Source: Candidatus Saccharimonadota bacterium
GTDB taxonomy: Bacteria > Patescibacteriota > Saccharimonadia > Saccharimonadales > UBA4665
Assembly (NCBI GenBank): GCA_037200465.1
Contig: JBBCFY010000001.1
Coordinates: 18,885 to 82,884, forward strand
Length of the DNA stretch: 64,000 nucleotides
Reading direction: 5' to 3'
The translations under genes and the position numbers were made by a program. This document shows, piece after piece, positions 37,200 through 45,837 of the stretch. Numbering within the stretch: the first letter of the stretch is position 1; every line of letters begins with the position of its first letter. The notes beneath the pieces are model-generated. The model was not told the DNA's origin and searched no databases. It saw only the letters and a program-made list of their open reading frames with translations.

Positions 37200-38177
37200 T
37201 CAAAAAGATTTTTCGTAGATAGCTATACGCTCCATTGCAATGTTACGAAAATTGTCGATGTCTCCAACGATTTTCCCGGAACTAACCTTTGCCATCATCA
37301 TCGCAGCCCAATTTATGTCGAATACTTCCGTGTACCGTCGAAACTCATGCACTCTTTCTGTAAGCTCTGTTGCAGATAGACCCAGCCGCTCTGCTACATG
37401 TAGGATAAGGGCTTGGCGATAAGGTCTCATGAAGTCTGTAGTATGTGTCGTGTAGGCTATGAAGAATTCTGGGCCGGTAGTATGAAAGCACGCCGAATGC
37501 CAGTCGATCAGTGTAAATGAACCATCTTGCTGTACTAAAATGTTTCCGCTTGAAGGATCGTCATGTCCGAACGCTGGTTCATGATTGCCAACTTGCTGAG
37601 CAAGTTGAGCTGACTGTTCAATCTTTGGACGTAGCCAGTCAATGATGGCCTGGTCTGGGCATGACTGCTCAACAATTGTGAACCAATCAGTACCGAATTG
37701 TTTAACCTCATCCTGAGTGGTTCTAACCGGTGAAGATACGACATTGAGCTCGGCTGCGAGCTTTTGATATTCGGCCAAGGAAATGGAGGCGGTATCGAGT
37801 AGGCTGTCCATGACTTTGACGGCCAGTAATTTCGGGCTGACTCTCCTTTGTCTGAATTTAAATTCATGCGAAGGGGTGCCTTCAGCAAAACTCATTGCTA
37901 TGGCTTTAAGGTCATCCTTAACCCACAGTGGGCGTGGCGCGTGAACAAAACCATGCCTTTCTAGAAGAGTCAGCACAACAAACGTATGGCCATAGTTTGC
38001 GTTACTGGCAGCGTTTTCTCGTTCAAAGAGTAGTACGAACGGATTATTTGGTATGGCTACTTCGTATGCTAGTGAACTAAAACCTCCATTTAATACGGAG
38101 ATGTGTTTTGGTTCAGAGGTTTGGTCTACTTGCTTTGCTAAATCGAGTACAGCGTCCATCGTCACAGCTCTTATCAT
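37200..38177 (-). CDS. aminoglycoside/choline-kinase-type phosphotransferase (APH family)
   Basis: Brenner motif FGHDDPSSGNILV and LIDWHSA are present. About 33% GC in a sampled 60-nt stretch. Confidence 0.75.
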   Translation of the reverse strand: MIRAVTMDAVLDLAKQVDQTSEPKHISVLNGGFSSLAYEVAIPNNPFVLLFERENAASNANYGHTFVVLTLLERHGFVHAPRPLWVKDDLKAIAMSFAEGTPSHEFKFRQRRVSPKLLAVKVMDSLLDTASISLAEYQKLAAELNVVSSPVRTTQDEVKQFGTDWFTIVEQSCPDQAIIDWLRPKIEQSAQLAQQVGNHEPAFGHDDPSSGNILVQQDGSFTLIDWHSACFHTTGPEFFIAYTTHTTDFMRPYRQALILHVAERLGLSATELTERVHEFRRYTEVFDINWAAMMMAKVSSGKIVGDIDNFRNIAMERIAIYEKSF

Positions 38178-38275
38178 AGCAGGCTATAACTATTGCAGGT
38201 GCTTACGCTGTTTGACCCATACATAAAATACGCCACCATTACGGTGGCATATCGTTTCATCTGTCGGTTTCTTCG

Positions 38276-38352
38276 TGGAGGGCCCAGTGGGATTCGAACC
38301 CACGACACGCGGCTTAAAAGGCCGCTGCTCTAACCGACTGAGCTATGGGCCC
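38276..38352 (-). tRNA. tRNA-Lys (anticodon TTT)
   Basis: Reverse complement GGGCCCATAGCTCAGTCGGTTAGAGCAGCGGCCTTTTAAGCCGCGTGTCGTGGGTTCGAATCCCACTGGGCCCTCCA forms a perfect cloverleaf. The anticodon loop is CTTTTAA and CCA is encoded. Confidence 0.92.
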
Positions 38353-38427
38353 TCGTCGGAACCTACGCAAAAGTCTCGTTTTGCCGCGAGCGGCAAAAGC
38401 TTTGACCTATTGCTATGTTCCTCCTCT

Positions 38428-38469
38428 AAAATTTCAAACAGCAGCGGAGCTGCTTCGGTTTGAAATTTT
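38428..38469. other. 12-bp stem-loop with A- and T-tracts (bidirectional terminator-like) in a divergent intergenic region
   Basis: aaaatttcaaac ... gtttgaaatttt encloses an inner agcagc/gctgct hairpin. No gene on either strand reads into it. Confidence 0.4.
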
Positions 38470-38600
38470 GCTATTAGCTGCAGGGCTGCAGCGGAAATAA
38501 CTTCTTACATTATCGATTTTTTTCTGGAAAAAGTCAATCTGGCGCAGGCTGATATGACGCTCATGGTTGCCGGGCGGCGGCTTGGTACACTAGCAGAAAT

Positions 38601-40091
38601 ATGTGGAGCAGGTATAGGAGGCGGCGGCTGAACCAGACGACAGTGCTGATGCTGGGCTGCGGCGCGTTTTTGGTGGGGCTGGTCGCAGCTCGGCGGCAGG
38701 AGGACTTAACCGGTTGGTTCGTGGTGCCGTTCCTGGCGGCTGCCGTCTGCGCGTCGCGCCGCCGGACCATCCTTACAACACTCGTGGTGGTGGCGGCCGG
38801 ACTGTTGCTGGGGATCTGGCGCGGCGGCGTGTACATGCACCGGCTGGAGCCGTACCGGACACTGAGCATGCAGAAGATAGAGTTCAATGCTACGGCCGAT
38901 ATCGATGCCGTGTACGGCGCGAACAGCCAGCTGAGCTTCGTGGTGCGCAACGTGCAGTTCACGTACCCGCAGACTATCCGGGTGCCGGGGACGATAAAAG
39001 TCAACGGGTTCGGTGCGATGATGATTTACCGCGGCGACCGGGTGGAGGTGAGCGGCAAGCTGTATCCGACCCGCGGGGCCAGTCAGGCCACCGTATCGTT
39101 CGCGGAAATCACGCCGCTGAGGAGCGGTACGTCGGCTATCGATACGCTGCGCCGTAAGTTCACGGCCGGCATGCAGACCGCGCTGCCCGAACCGGCGGCT
39201 TCGTTCGGTATGGGCCTGCTGGTAGGCCAGCGCAATACGCTGCCGGCGGAGCTGACGCAGGCCATCCTGATGGTCGGGCTGACGCACATCATCGCCGTCA
39301 GCGGCTACAATCTGACTATCCTGCTGGATGCCTCGCGGCGGCTGATGGGCAATCGCTCCAAAGTGCTTTCCACGGCTGCCGCGCTGGTGCTGATCTTTGG
39401 CTTCCTGCTGGTGGCGGGCACCAGTGCCAGCATCGTCCGGGCGGCCGTCATCAGCGTGCTGGGCCTGGCGGCCTGGTATTACGGCCGGAGCGTACGGCCG
39501 CTGTTGCTCATCTTGCTGGCGGCGGCTGGTACGGCCTATGCCAATCCGGTGTACCTGTGGGCGGATATCAGCTGGTATCTGTCATTCCTGGCGTTCTTCG
39601 GTATCCTGATGATCGCGCCGCACGTGACGCACCGGCTATATGGCCAGAAGCAGCCGGGGCTCATCCCGCAGATCATGATCGAAAGCCTGTGCGCCGAACT
39701 CATGACGTTGCCGTTCATCCTGTATATCTTCGGCCAGCTGTCGCTGGTCAGCCTGCTTTCGAACATGCTGGTGGTGGCGCTGATCCCGTTGGCCATGCTG
39801 CTCAGCCTCATCGCCGGACTGGCCGGGATGTTGGCCGGTAACATCGCCGGCTGGTTCGCGTGGCCGGCGCGGGTGCTGCTGACCTATATGCTGGATGTCG
39901 TGAACCTGCTCAGCCGCATCCCGCACGTCTTCCAGCAGAACCGGTACCTGTCGGCGGTGGATATGGCGCTGTGCTACGGCGGACTGGTCGCGGTGCTCTT
40001 GCTGGCGTATGGCGGCAGGAGGCGTTACATGCGCGTAGGCTTCAGCACTGAGAAAGAGGCCGAAACGGCCGGAGCACTGGTAATTGGGTAA
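38601..40091 (+). CDS. comEC: ComEC/Rec2 family competence channel (no C-terminal metallo-beta-lactamase domain)
   Basis: A DUF4131-like N-terminus is followed by the competence domain GLTHIIAVSGYNLTIL and multiple TMs. 496 aa. Confidence 0.85.
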   Translation: MWSRYRRRRLNQTTVLMLGCGAFLVGLVAARRQEDLTGWFVVPFLAAAVCASRRRTILTTLVVVAAGLLLGIWRGGVYMHRLEPYRTLSMQKIEFNATADIDAVYGANSQLSFVVRNVQFTYPQTIRVPGTIKVNGFGAMMIYRGDRVEVSGKLYPTRGASQATVSFAEITPLRSGTSAIDTLRRKFTAGMQTALPEPAASFGMGLLVGQRNTLPAELTQAILMVGLTHIIAVSGYNLTILLDASRRLMGNRSKVLSTAAALVLIFGFLLVAGTSASIVRAAVISVLGLAAWYYGRSVRPLLLILLAAAGTAYANPVYLWADISWYLSFLAFFGILMIAPHVTHRLYGQKQPGLIPQIMIESLCAELMTLPFILYIFGQLSLVSLLSNMLVVALIPLAMLLSLIAGLAGMLAGNIAGWFAWPARVLLTYMLDVVNLLSRIPHVFQQNRYLSAVDMALCYGGLVAVLLLAYGGRRRYMRVGFSTEKEAETAGALVIG

Positions 40092-40094
40092 CGT

Positions 40095-40790
40095 ATGCTT
40101 ATACTAGAAGGGATGGAGGACAGGTTGAAATTCGGAGCGTTCAAGAGTCTGCAAGGTGCAGGCGTGATTCGCCAGTACGCCAAAAAGCGCACCATCCTGT
40201 TCCAGGGTGAGATTCCGCGCAGCGCCATGGTACTGATGAACGGCCTGGTGAAGGTATACGGCATCACTACCAGCGGCGATCAGCGCACGGTGACGCTGCT
40301 GAGTGCCGGCGACATCTTCCCGGTGGAATACGTCTTCGACAAATCACGGGTAAGCCTGTATTACTACGAAGCCCTGACCGATTGCGCGGCATTGTCGTTG
40401 CCAAAGAATGAATTCCTGGCGGCGCTCGATAACGACGCGGAACTCAAGGACCAGGTGTTCCAAAGCTATATGGCGCACTACACCAGTGCGACCATGCACA
40501 TTTACGCGCTGGAGCACTCGCACGCCCAGGAGAAGCTGGTGTATATACTGCAGTATCTGGTAGCACGGTTCGGCGAGAAGCAGCCGAGCGGGCTGACCAA
40601 GATCGATCTGCGCCTGAGCCACCAGGATATCGCCGAGATGGTCGGCCTGACCCGCGAGACCACGGCCGTGGAGTTGCACCGCCTGAAAGATAAGGGCTTG
40701 ATAGATTACCAGCGTTTTTCGTATTTCGTGAACGTTCCATCGCTGGTCCAGGCCACCGGAAGCGATGAATTTGAGGACGTCGAAGTCTAA
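40095..40790 (+). CDS. Crp/Fnr family transcriptional regulator
   Basis: A cNMP-binding beta-barrel is followed by the C-terminal HTH LSHQDIAEMVGLTRETTAVELHRLKDKGLI. Confidence 0.85.
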   Translation: MLILEGMEDRLKFGAFKSLQGAGVIRQYAKKRTILFQGEIPRSAMVLMNGLVKVYGITTSGDQRTVTLLSAGDIFPVEYVFDKSRVSLYYYEALTDCAALSLPKNEFLAALDNDAELKDQVFQSYMAHYTSATMHIYALEHSHAQEKLVYILQYLVARFGEKQPSGLTKIDLRLSHQDIAEMVGLTRETTAVELHRLKDKGLIDYQRFSYFVNVPSLVQATGSDEFEDVEV

Positions 40791-42417
40791 ACCGGCCGAT
40801 GCCGCAGAGGTTGCGCCCGGTATCAGCTACTGGCATCTGTTCCATGATTTGCCGGAGCCGCACATGCTGTTCAGGGCGAACGATCCGCAGTACACCATCG
40901 TGGATATGAACAAGGCCCGCGAGCGCCAGACCGGCACCCGCCGCCGGCAGGCTATCGGCCGGCCGCTGTTCGAAGTCTTTCCGCCGCCCGACGAGGAGTC
41001 CCGGAAGATCGGGTTGGGCCTGCAGCGCAGATGGCTCCGGAAAGTCATCCGGACGGGCAGGGAAGTGCGGCTGGACGTGATGCGTTACGATCTGCTGCAG
41101 CCGGACGGTACGGCCGCGGCGCGCTTCTGGCAGCCGCTGTACCAACCAATTTTCGATGAGAACGGCAAGGTGGCATACATCTTGTCATCGACGCGTGATA
41201 TCACAGGTGAAATAACGGCCGAGCGGCGCATCACCGACGCCGAAAGCCGCCTGGAAGCGGCGCTGAGTATCGGCAAGGTGGGCAGCTGGGTGTGGGACGT
41301 TGACCTGGACCTGGTGATTGCTGACAGCAACATGGCGAAACTGTTCGGCCTGACCAAAAGGGATACGGTGATGGGATTGCCGCTCAAGCAACTATTGCGC
41401 GCGGTTCATCCCGAAGACCGCGCACGGGTGTCCAAGGCCATGGCCGCGACCGTACGGAAGCAGCTGCCGTTCGAAGAAGAGTACCGGACCTATGCGGCAA
41501 ACGGCGAGCTGCATTGGCTGCTGGCCCGCGGCAAACTGCAGGAACAGGACGGCCGGCTGCTATTTCCCGGCGTGATAGTCGATGTGACCGAGCGCCGCGA
41601 TCTGCTTGCGCAGGTCGAACTTGGTCGCCGGCAGGATCAGCTGAATCGCCAAGCCGCCAAGATACTGCAGGACCGCAACGAAGAGCTGGAAACATTGGCG
41701 CAGACGAAAGATGAATTCGTGGCGCTGGCCTCGCACCAGCTGCGTACGCCGGCGACCGCCGTCAAGCAGTATATCGGCATGGTGCTGCAGGGCTATGCCG
41801 GCACCGTCAGCGATGTACAGCGCGAAATGCTCGAGAAAGCGTTCGAGAGTAATGAACGCCAACTGCAGATTATCACCCAGATCCTGAATGCCGCCCGGGC
41901 GGATACCGGCCGCCTGGCAGTCGCGCCCATACCGGCCGACCTGTGCAACTTGGTTCGCGGCATCGCCGATGACATGCGGCCGACCTTGGAGCAACACCGG
42001 CACAGCTTCCGTTTCAGTATGCCCAAACGACCCGTGCCGGTGAGAGCTGACCTGGGTTACTTGCGGATGGCCATCGAGAATATCCTGCACAACGCCGATG
42101 TCTATACGCCCGCCGGGGGCGACGTACGGATGCGCCTGACCACATCTGGCAGGGAATGCCGGCTGAGCGTCACCGACACCGGCGTCGGCATCCGGAAAGC
42201 GGACCTTGGCAAGCTGTTCGTCAAGTTCTCGCGTATCCATAATCCGCTGAGTGTCGAAGCGGGCGGCAGCGGTATCGGCCTCTATCTGACGGCGGAGATC
42301 GTGCGGTTGCACGGCGGCCGGGTCGACGTGGAATCTAAGATCGGCAAAGGTAGCAGCTTCACTATCGTGCTGCCGCTGGCGCCGGGCCGGGAGAAGAATG
42401 GCTTAGGTGCTAAATAA
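40765..42417 (+). CDS. PAS-domain sensor histidine kinase (cytoplasmic)
   Basis: Two PAS-like segments, H-box LASHQLRTPATAV, N-box ENILHNADVYT, G-boxes VTDTGVGI and GSGIGLYL. Confidence 0.85.
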   Translation: MNLRTSKSKPADAAEVAPGISYWHLFHDLPEPHMLFRANDPQYTIVDMNKARERQTGTRRRQAIGRPLFEVFPPPDEESRKIGLGLQRRWLRKVIRTGREVRLDVMRYDLLQPDGTAAARFWQPLYQPIFDENGKVAYILSSTRDITGEITAERRITDAESRLEAALSIGKVGSWVWDVDLDLVIADSNMAKLFGLTKRDTVMGLPLKQLLRAVHPEDRARVSKAMAATVRKQLPFEEEYRTYAANGELHWLLARGKLQEQDGRLLFPGVIVDVTERRDLLAQVELGRRQDQLNRQAAKILQDRNEELETLAQTKDEFVALASHQLRTPATAVKQYIGMVLQGYAGTVSDVQREMLEKAFESNERQLQIITQILNAARADTGRLAVAPIPADLCNLVRGIADDMRPTLEQHRHSFRFSMPKRPVPVRADLGYLRMAIENILHNADVYTPAGGDVRMRLTTSGRECRLSVTDTGVGIRKADLGKLFVKFSRIHNPLSVEAGGSGIGLYLTAEIVRLHGGRVDVESKIGKGSSFTIVLPLAPGREKNGLGAK

Positions 42418-42498
42418 ATGAACGAATCTGCGAACTGGCTTACAGACGCGCGCCCGAAACTCCCTACAATAGCCAAAAGTAAAAGGAACTGATAGCAT

Positions 42499-42903
42499 AT
42501 GGTTACTATGAGTGGTAAGGACCTGCAAGTATTAATCGTCGAAGACGAACAACTGCTGAACGAAGCCTATGCGCGGGTACTTTCGGCTGCCAACATTTCC
42601 CTGCTTCGAGCGTACAATGGCAAAGAAGCCCTGGACGTACTCAAGACGGAGAAACCGGATATCATTCTGCTCGATCTGCGGATGCCGGTCATGGACGGCA
42701 TAGAGTTCCTGAAGAAGTTAAAGCCCAAGGATAACCTGCCGGAGGCCAAGATAATTGTCTTTAGCAACTATGACGACCAGCATGAGATTGATGAAGCATT
42801 CTCCTTAGGTGCTATGCATTACATGCTCAAGGCGTGGGCGACTCCGGATGAGCTCGTCAAGTTGATCCGTGAGGTTGATAACGCCTCGCAGCCCGTATCA
42901 TAG
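42499..42903 (+). CDS. single-domain response regulator (CheY-like receiver)
   Basis: VLIVEDE at the N-terminus and the phospho-acceptor context PDIILLDLRMPVMDG. No output domain. Confidence 0.85.
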   Translation: MVTMSGKDLQVLIVEDEQLLNEAYARVLSAANISLLRAYNGKEALDVLKTEKPDIILLDLRMPVMDGIEFLKKLKPKDNLPEAKIIVFSNYDDQHEIDEAFSLGAMHYMLKAWATPDELVKLIREVDNASQPVS

Positions 42904-43024
42904 AACTTTTTCAGAACGGCACAGTGCGAGCGAAAGCCTGCGCTCCAGTGCTCACGTACCCGTAAGTACGCTGCGCTTCGGTGCTCGGCTTTCATCTCAC
43001 ACTGCACCATTCTGAAAAAGTTCT
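42902..43024. repeat. 123-nt imperfect palindromic element A (29-nt arms, central cgtac-N6-gtacg hairpin)
   Basis: Arms 42902-42930 and 42996-43024 are complementary at 25/29 positions. All 4 mismatches are C-A or A-C on the plus strand, which become G-U on the minus strand. It shares the words catctcacact, cactgcacc and gtacgct with element B. Confidence 0.7.
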
Positions 43025-43162
43025 GCCAGCATAGCGCTTTTGCTAAAATTATTACAATTTTCCAGATAGCTTACTTACAGCCCGCATGCAGCCATTCGCC
43101 GTATGATAGGTATAGTTCCATCAAGGGACGTGGAATATACAAATGAAGCGGAGGAGAAAGGT

Positions 43163-43318
43163 ATGAGCTCACTCGACATCGATCAGAAAATCAGCAGTTT
43201 CTTGCAGCGCAAAGAAGCGGAATTTCCGGAGCTCGCCAGTATTGGCCGCCACGAATCACGTACCGTCAAGTATGCGTCGCAGCTACGGACAAGCGGACAG
43301 GTTCTGTTTACTCGCTAA
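43163..43318 (+). CDS. small hypothetical protein (51 aa)
   Basis: SD ggaggag lies 6 nt before ATG 43163, and a strong terminator follows. MSSLDIDQKISSFLQRKEAEFPEL... Confidence 0.45.
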   Translation: MSSLDIDQKISSFLQRKEAEFPELASIGRHESRTVKYASQLRTSGQVLFTR

Positions 43319-43339
43319 TGCTAATATCTAGTATCTAGG

Positions 43340-43369
43340 CCGCCGGCATTCACGCCGGCGGTTTTTTTT
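43340..43369 (+). terminator. rho-independent terminator
   Basis: ccgccggc-attcac-gccggcgg followed by T8. Confidence 0.8.
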
Positions 43370-43377
43370 GTGCTTTT

Positions 43378-43447
43378 GTCATTCCCGCGCAGGCGGGAAT
43401 CTATTCTCTTTCACCGTAAGATGGATTCCCGCCTGCGCGGGAATGAC
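43378..43447. repeat. inverted pair of the GC-rich palindromic repeat (same family as 6115..6141)
   Basis: gtcattcccgcgcaggcgggaatc (43378-43401) is the exact reverse complement of gattcccgcctgcgcgggaatgac (43424-43447). The spacer is 22 nt. Confidence 0.85.
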
Positions 43448-43495
43448 GGCTGCTGAGGGTTTATCTTTGGCCGGAAATCTGATACCATAACAGAT

Positions 43496-44218
43496 ATGAG
43501 CGGACATTCGAAGTGGTCAACAATCAAACGTGAAAAGGGCGCGAAAGACGCGGCCCGTGGTGCCGTGTTCACCAAGCTTGGTAACATGATCGCCATGGCC
43601 GCCCGCAGCGGCACCGATCCGGAAACGAACTTTGCGCTGCGCTTGGCGGTCGATAAAGCCAAGGCCGCCAACATGCCGAGCGCCAACATCCAGCGCAGCA
43701 TTGACCGCGTCAAGGATAAGAACGCCGCGCAGCTGCAGGAAGTACTGTACGAGGGCTACGGTCCGGGCGGTGTTGCCATCCTGGTGGAAGTCGCCACCGA
43801 CAATATCAACCGTACCTACCCCATGGTGCGCCTGGCGTTCAGCAAGCACGGCGGCAACATCGCCGAAAAGGGCGCCGTGGCCTTCCAGTTCGACCATAAA
43901 GGCATGATCCGTGTGAATGCTACCGGCGACGACTTGCTGCTGCAGGCTATCGACGCCGGTGCCGAAGATGTGCAGGAAGAAGGCTCCGAATCTGTCGTAT
44001 ACACTGCCGCGACTGATCTTGCCAAGGTTCGCGATGCGTTGAAAGCCGGTGGCGTAGAAATCACCGAAGCCGAACTGACCTACGTGCCGAACACCACCAT
44101 CGAAATCACCGATGCCGCAACCGCCGGCAAGATCATGCGCCTCATGGACGCCCTCGACGAAATAGACGACGTCACTAACACCCACGTCAACTTCGACATC
44201 GACGAATCGCTGCTATAA
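43496..44218 (+). CDS. yebC: YebC/PmpR family DNA-binding transcriptional regulator
   Basis: MSGHSKWSTIKREKGAKDAARG... and the full-length YebC pattern; 240 aa. Confidence 0.93.
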   Translation: MSGHSKWSTIKREKGAKDAARGAVFTKLGNMIAMAARSGTDPETNFALRLAVDKAKAANMPSANIQRSIDRVKDKNAAQLQEVLYEGYGPGGVAILVEVATDNINRTYPMVRLAFSKHGGNIAEKGAVAFQFDHKGMIRVNATGDDLLLQAIDAGAEDVQEEGSESVVYTAATDLAKVRDALKAGGVEITEAELTYVPNTTIEITDAATAGKIMRLMDALDEIDDVTNTHVNFDIDESLL

Positions 44219-44226
44219 TCCAGCCT

Positions 44227-44583
44227 ATGGGCGAAAACGTGCCGGCCGCAAATGATTCCGAAATCCGGGAGGTCGTTTCGCACTATCTTTCAGCACAGAC
44301 CGTAGAGGTGTCGTCTGCAGATCAAGTCGATCCTGATGCCACTATATTTTCACTCCTGATTGACGATGAAACCTATTACTTGCTTGAAGAGGATTATATC
44401 TCCGGGCTTGAGGGCGCATTATTCAGATTTCAGGAATTTGGCATCCAAGACACTCGTCTGCAGAGGGTCGCAGCTGACGATGATGCTAATCAACATCCAC
44501 TGGATGCCTATCAAATCTTTTATAGACCCCGAAAGCTCAAGTACGAAGTGAGATATGTTTTAGCAAAAGGCAAAAAGACATGA
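44227..44583 (+). CDS. hypothetical acidic protein (118 aa) between yebC and ruvC
   Basis: ORF has an ATGA overlap with ruvC. Lower GC. No motif. Confidence 0.5.
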   Translation: MGENVPAANDSEIREVVSHYLSAQTVEVSSADQVDPDATIFSLLIDDETYYLLEEDYISGLEGALFRFQEFGIQDTRLQRVAADDDANQHPLDAYQIFYRPRKLKYEVRYVLAKGKKT

Positions 44584-45053
44584 GAATACTGGGGATTGAT
44601 CCGGGGACGGGGATATTGGGGTTCGGGATTATCGAGGCGAGCAAGGGCAAGTTCCAGCTGGTGGACGGCGGGGTGATTCGAACACCGGTGAAGGAAGACG
44701 ACGCGGTGCGGCTCTTGACGATTTACGAAGAACTAACGGATATTATCACAAACACCAACCCAACAATTATGTCAGTGGAAAAACTGTTTTTCGCGCGCAA
44801 CGTGACGACGGCGATGACCGTGGCGCAGGCTCGCGGCGTGGTGCTGCTGTGCGGCAAGCAGGCCGGCATGGAGATTTATGAATATACACCGATGCAGATA
44901 AAGCTGGCGATTACCGGCTATGGCAAGGCGGATAAGAAGCAGATGCAGGAGATGGTGCGTGTCATCCTCGGCCTGGAGTCAATTCCCAAGCCCGATGATG
45001 CCGCCGACGCCATCGCCGCCGCGATTACGCATGCCCAATCGGCAAGCCGCTAG
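44580..45053 (+). CDS. ruvC: crossover junction endodeoxyribonuclease RuvC
   Basis: ILGIDPGTGILGFGI..., EKLFFARN, and DAADAIAAAITHA. Confidence 0.93.
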   Translation: MRILGIDPGTGILGFGIIEASKGKFQLVDGGVIRTPVKEDDAVRLLTIYEELTDIITNTNPTIMSVEKLFFARNVTTAMTVAQARGVVLLCGKQAGMEIYEYTPMQIKLAITGYGKADKKQMQEMVRVILGLESIPKPDDAADAIAAAITHAQSASR

Positions 45054-45771
45054 CGTCATAGCCGTATGGATGGGAAATGCCGTAGAGTTCGTAAATCGGC
45101 ATGACGAGCTGGGGTTTAATATCGTGGTCAAAGGTTTCGAGATCGGCTTCGGATCGCAACGAGAACGGCTTGGGATGCAACAGTTCACGCTCTGCGCCTT
45201 GGTTCCGGATCTGGCCGAACGTATAGAGCTCGCAGACGGACAGGTCTTCATTCGCTCCCAGGATCAGCAGCCGTTCGTCAACCTCGGGTGCATCCTCGAA
45301 CATGGTTATACAACGACTGCAGGGGCAGAGCGTCGGTGTGCGGTGCGGGTTGGCGTCTGCATCGGCCGGGTCGGCTAAGATGGCGATGCCCAGCGCCCGG
45401 TTGAGTCCGTTGTATCTGCCTTTGGCCAGGCAGACCTGCTCGGCATGCAGGTTAAGTCCGCCCGCCTGTGCGGGTTTGACGTTATAGCCCCCAAAGTACG
45501 CGAGCAGTCCGTGCTCAAAATCAACCATTGCCGCGCAGGCGCCGACCCGATAGTCCCGCCAGGATACGGCCGATTCCGCCGCCTTTTTTGAACGCTCCAG
45601 TGCAAGCACCAGTCCGGTAACGGCGGCAATGGCCGCCCGGGCCTCGAGGGTCTCGGCTGGGCCGCCGAACGCCGGATCACGCCTGAGTGATAGTGGCCGG
45701 AGGATATATTCGTGCGGAGCCGGCTGCCGATATACGGCCGGGACGGCATCGATGAGATCGGGCTTTGGCAT
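45025..45771 (-). CDS. cytidine/deoxycytidylate-deaminase-fold protein with N- and C-terminal extensions
   Basis: The zinc motif HAE is followed 38 residues later by PCSRC. 248 aa. The 3' end overlaps the ruvC 3' end by 29 nt (convergent). Confidence 0.6.
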   Translation of the reverse strand: MPKPDLIDAVPAVYRQPAPHEYILRPLSLRRDPAFGGPAETLEARAAIAAVTGLVLALERSKKAAESAVSWRDYRVGACAAMVDFEHGLLAYFGGYNVKPAQAGGLNLHAEQVCLAKGRYNGLNRALGIAILADPADADANPHRTPTLCPCSRCITMFEDAPEVDERLLILGANEDLSVCELYTFGQIRNQGAERELLHPKPFSLRSEADLETFDHDIKPQLVMPIYELYGISHPYGYDASGLPIGHA

Positions 45772-45837
45772 GCGTCCAGCATACGTCAGGCCGCGCGGGT
45801 AGCCAAAAGCGTGATAGCGGCATAGTATAATGACGCT

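Noticed and set aside
38275-38463. 62-aa plus-strand ORF overlapping tRNA-Lys.
   Set aside because: It is the antisense translation of the tRNA gene and the hairpin-rich spacer.
42819-43010. 63-aa minus-strand ORF inside palindromic element A, and the 78-aa plus-strand ORF 57080..57316 in element B.
   Set aside because: These are translations of the palindromic repeat and the end of the adjacent gene. There is no RBS, and similar peptide words arise simply from the shared repeat.
43411-43713. 100-aa minus-strand ORF ending in ...SFPRRRESILR.
   Set aside because: It is antisense to the yebC 5' end, and its C-terminus is just the translated palindromic repeat, a well-known artefact.
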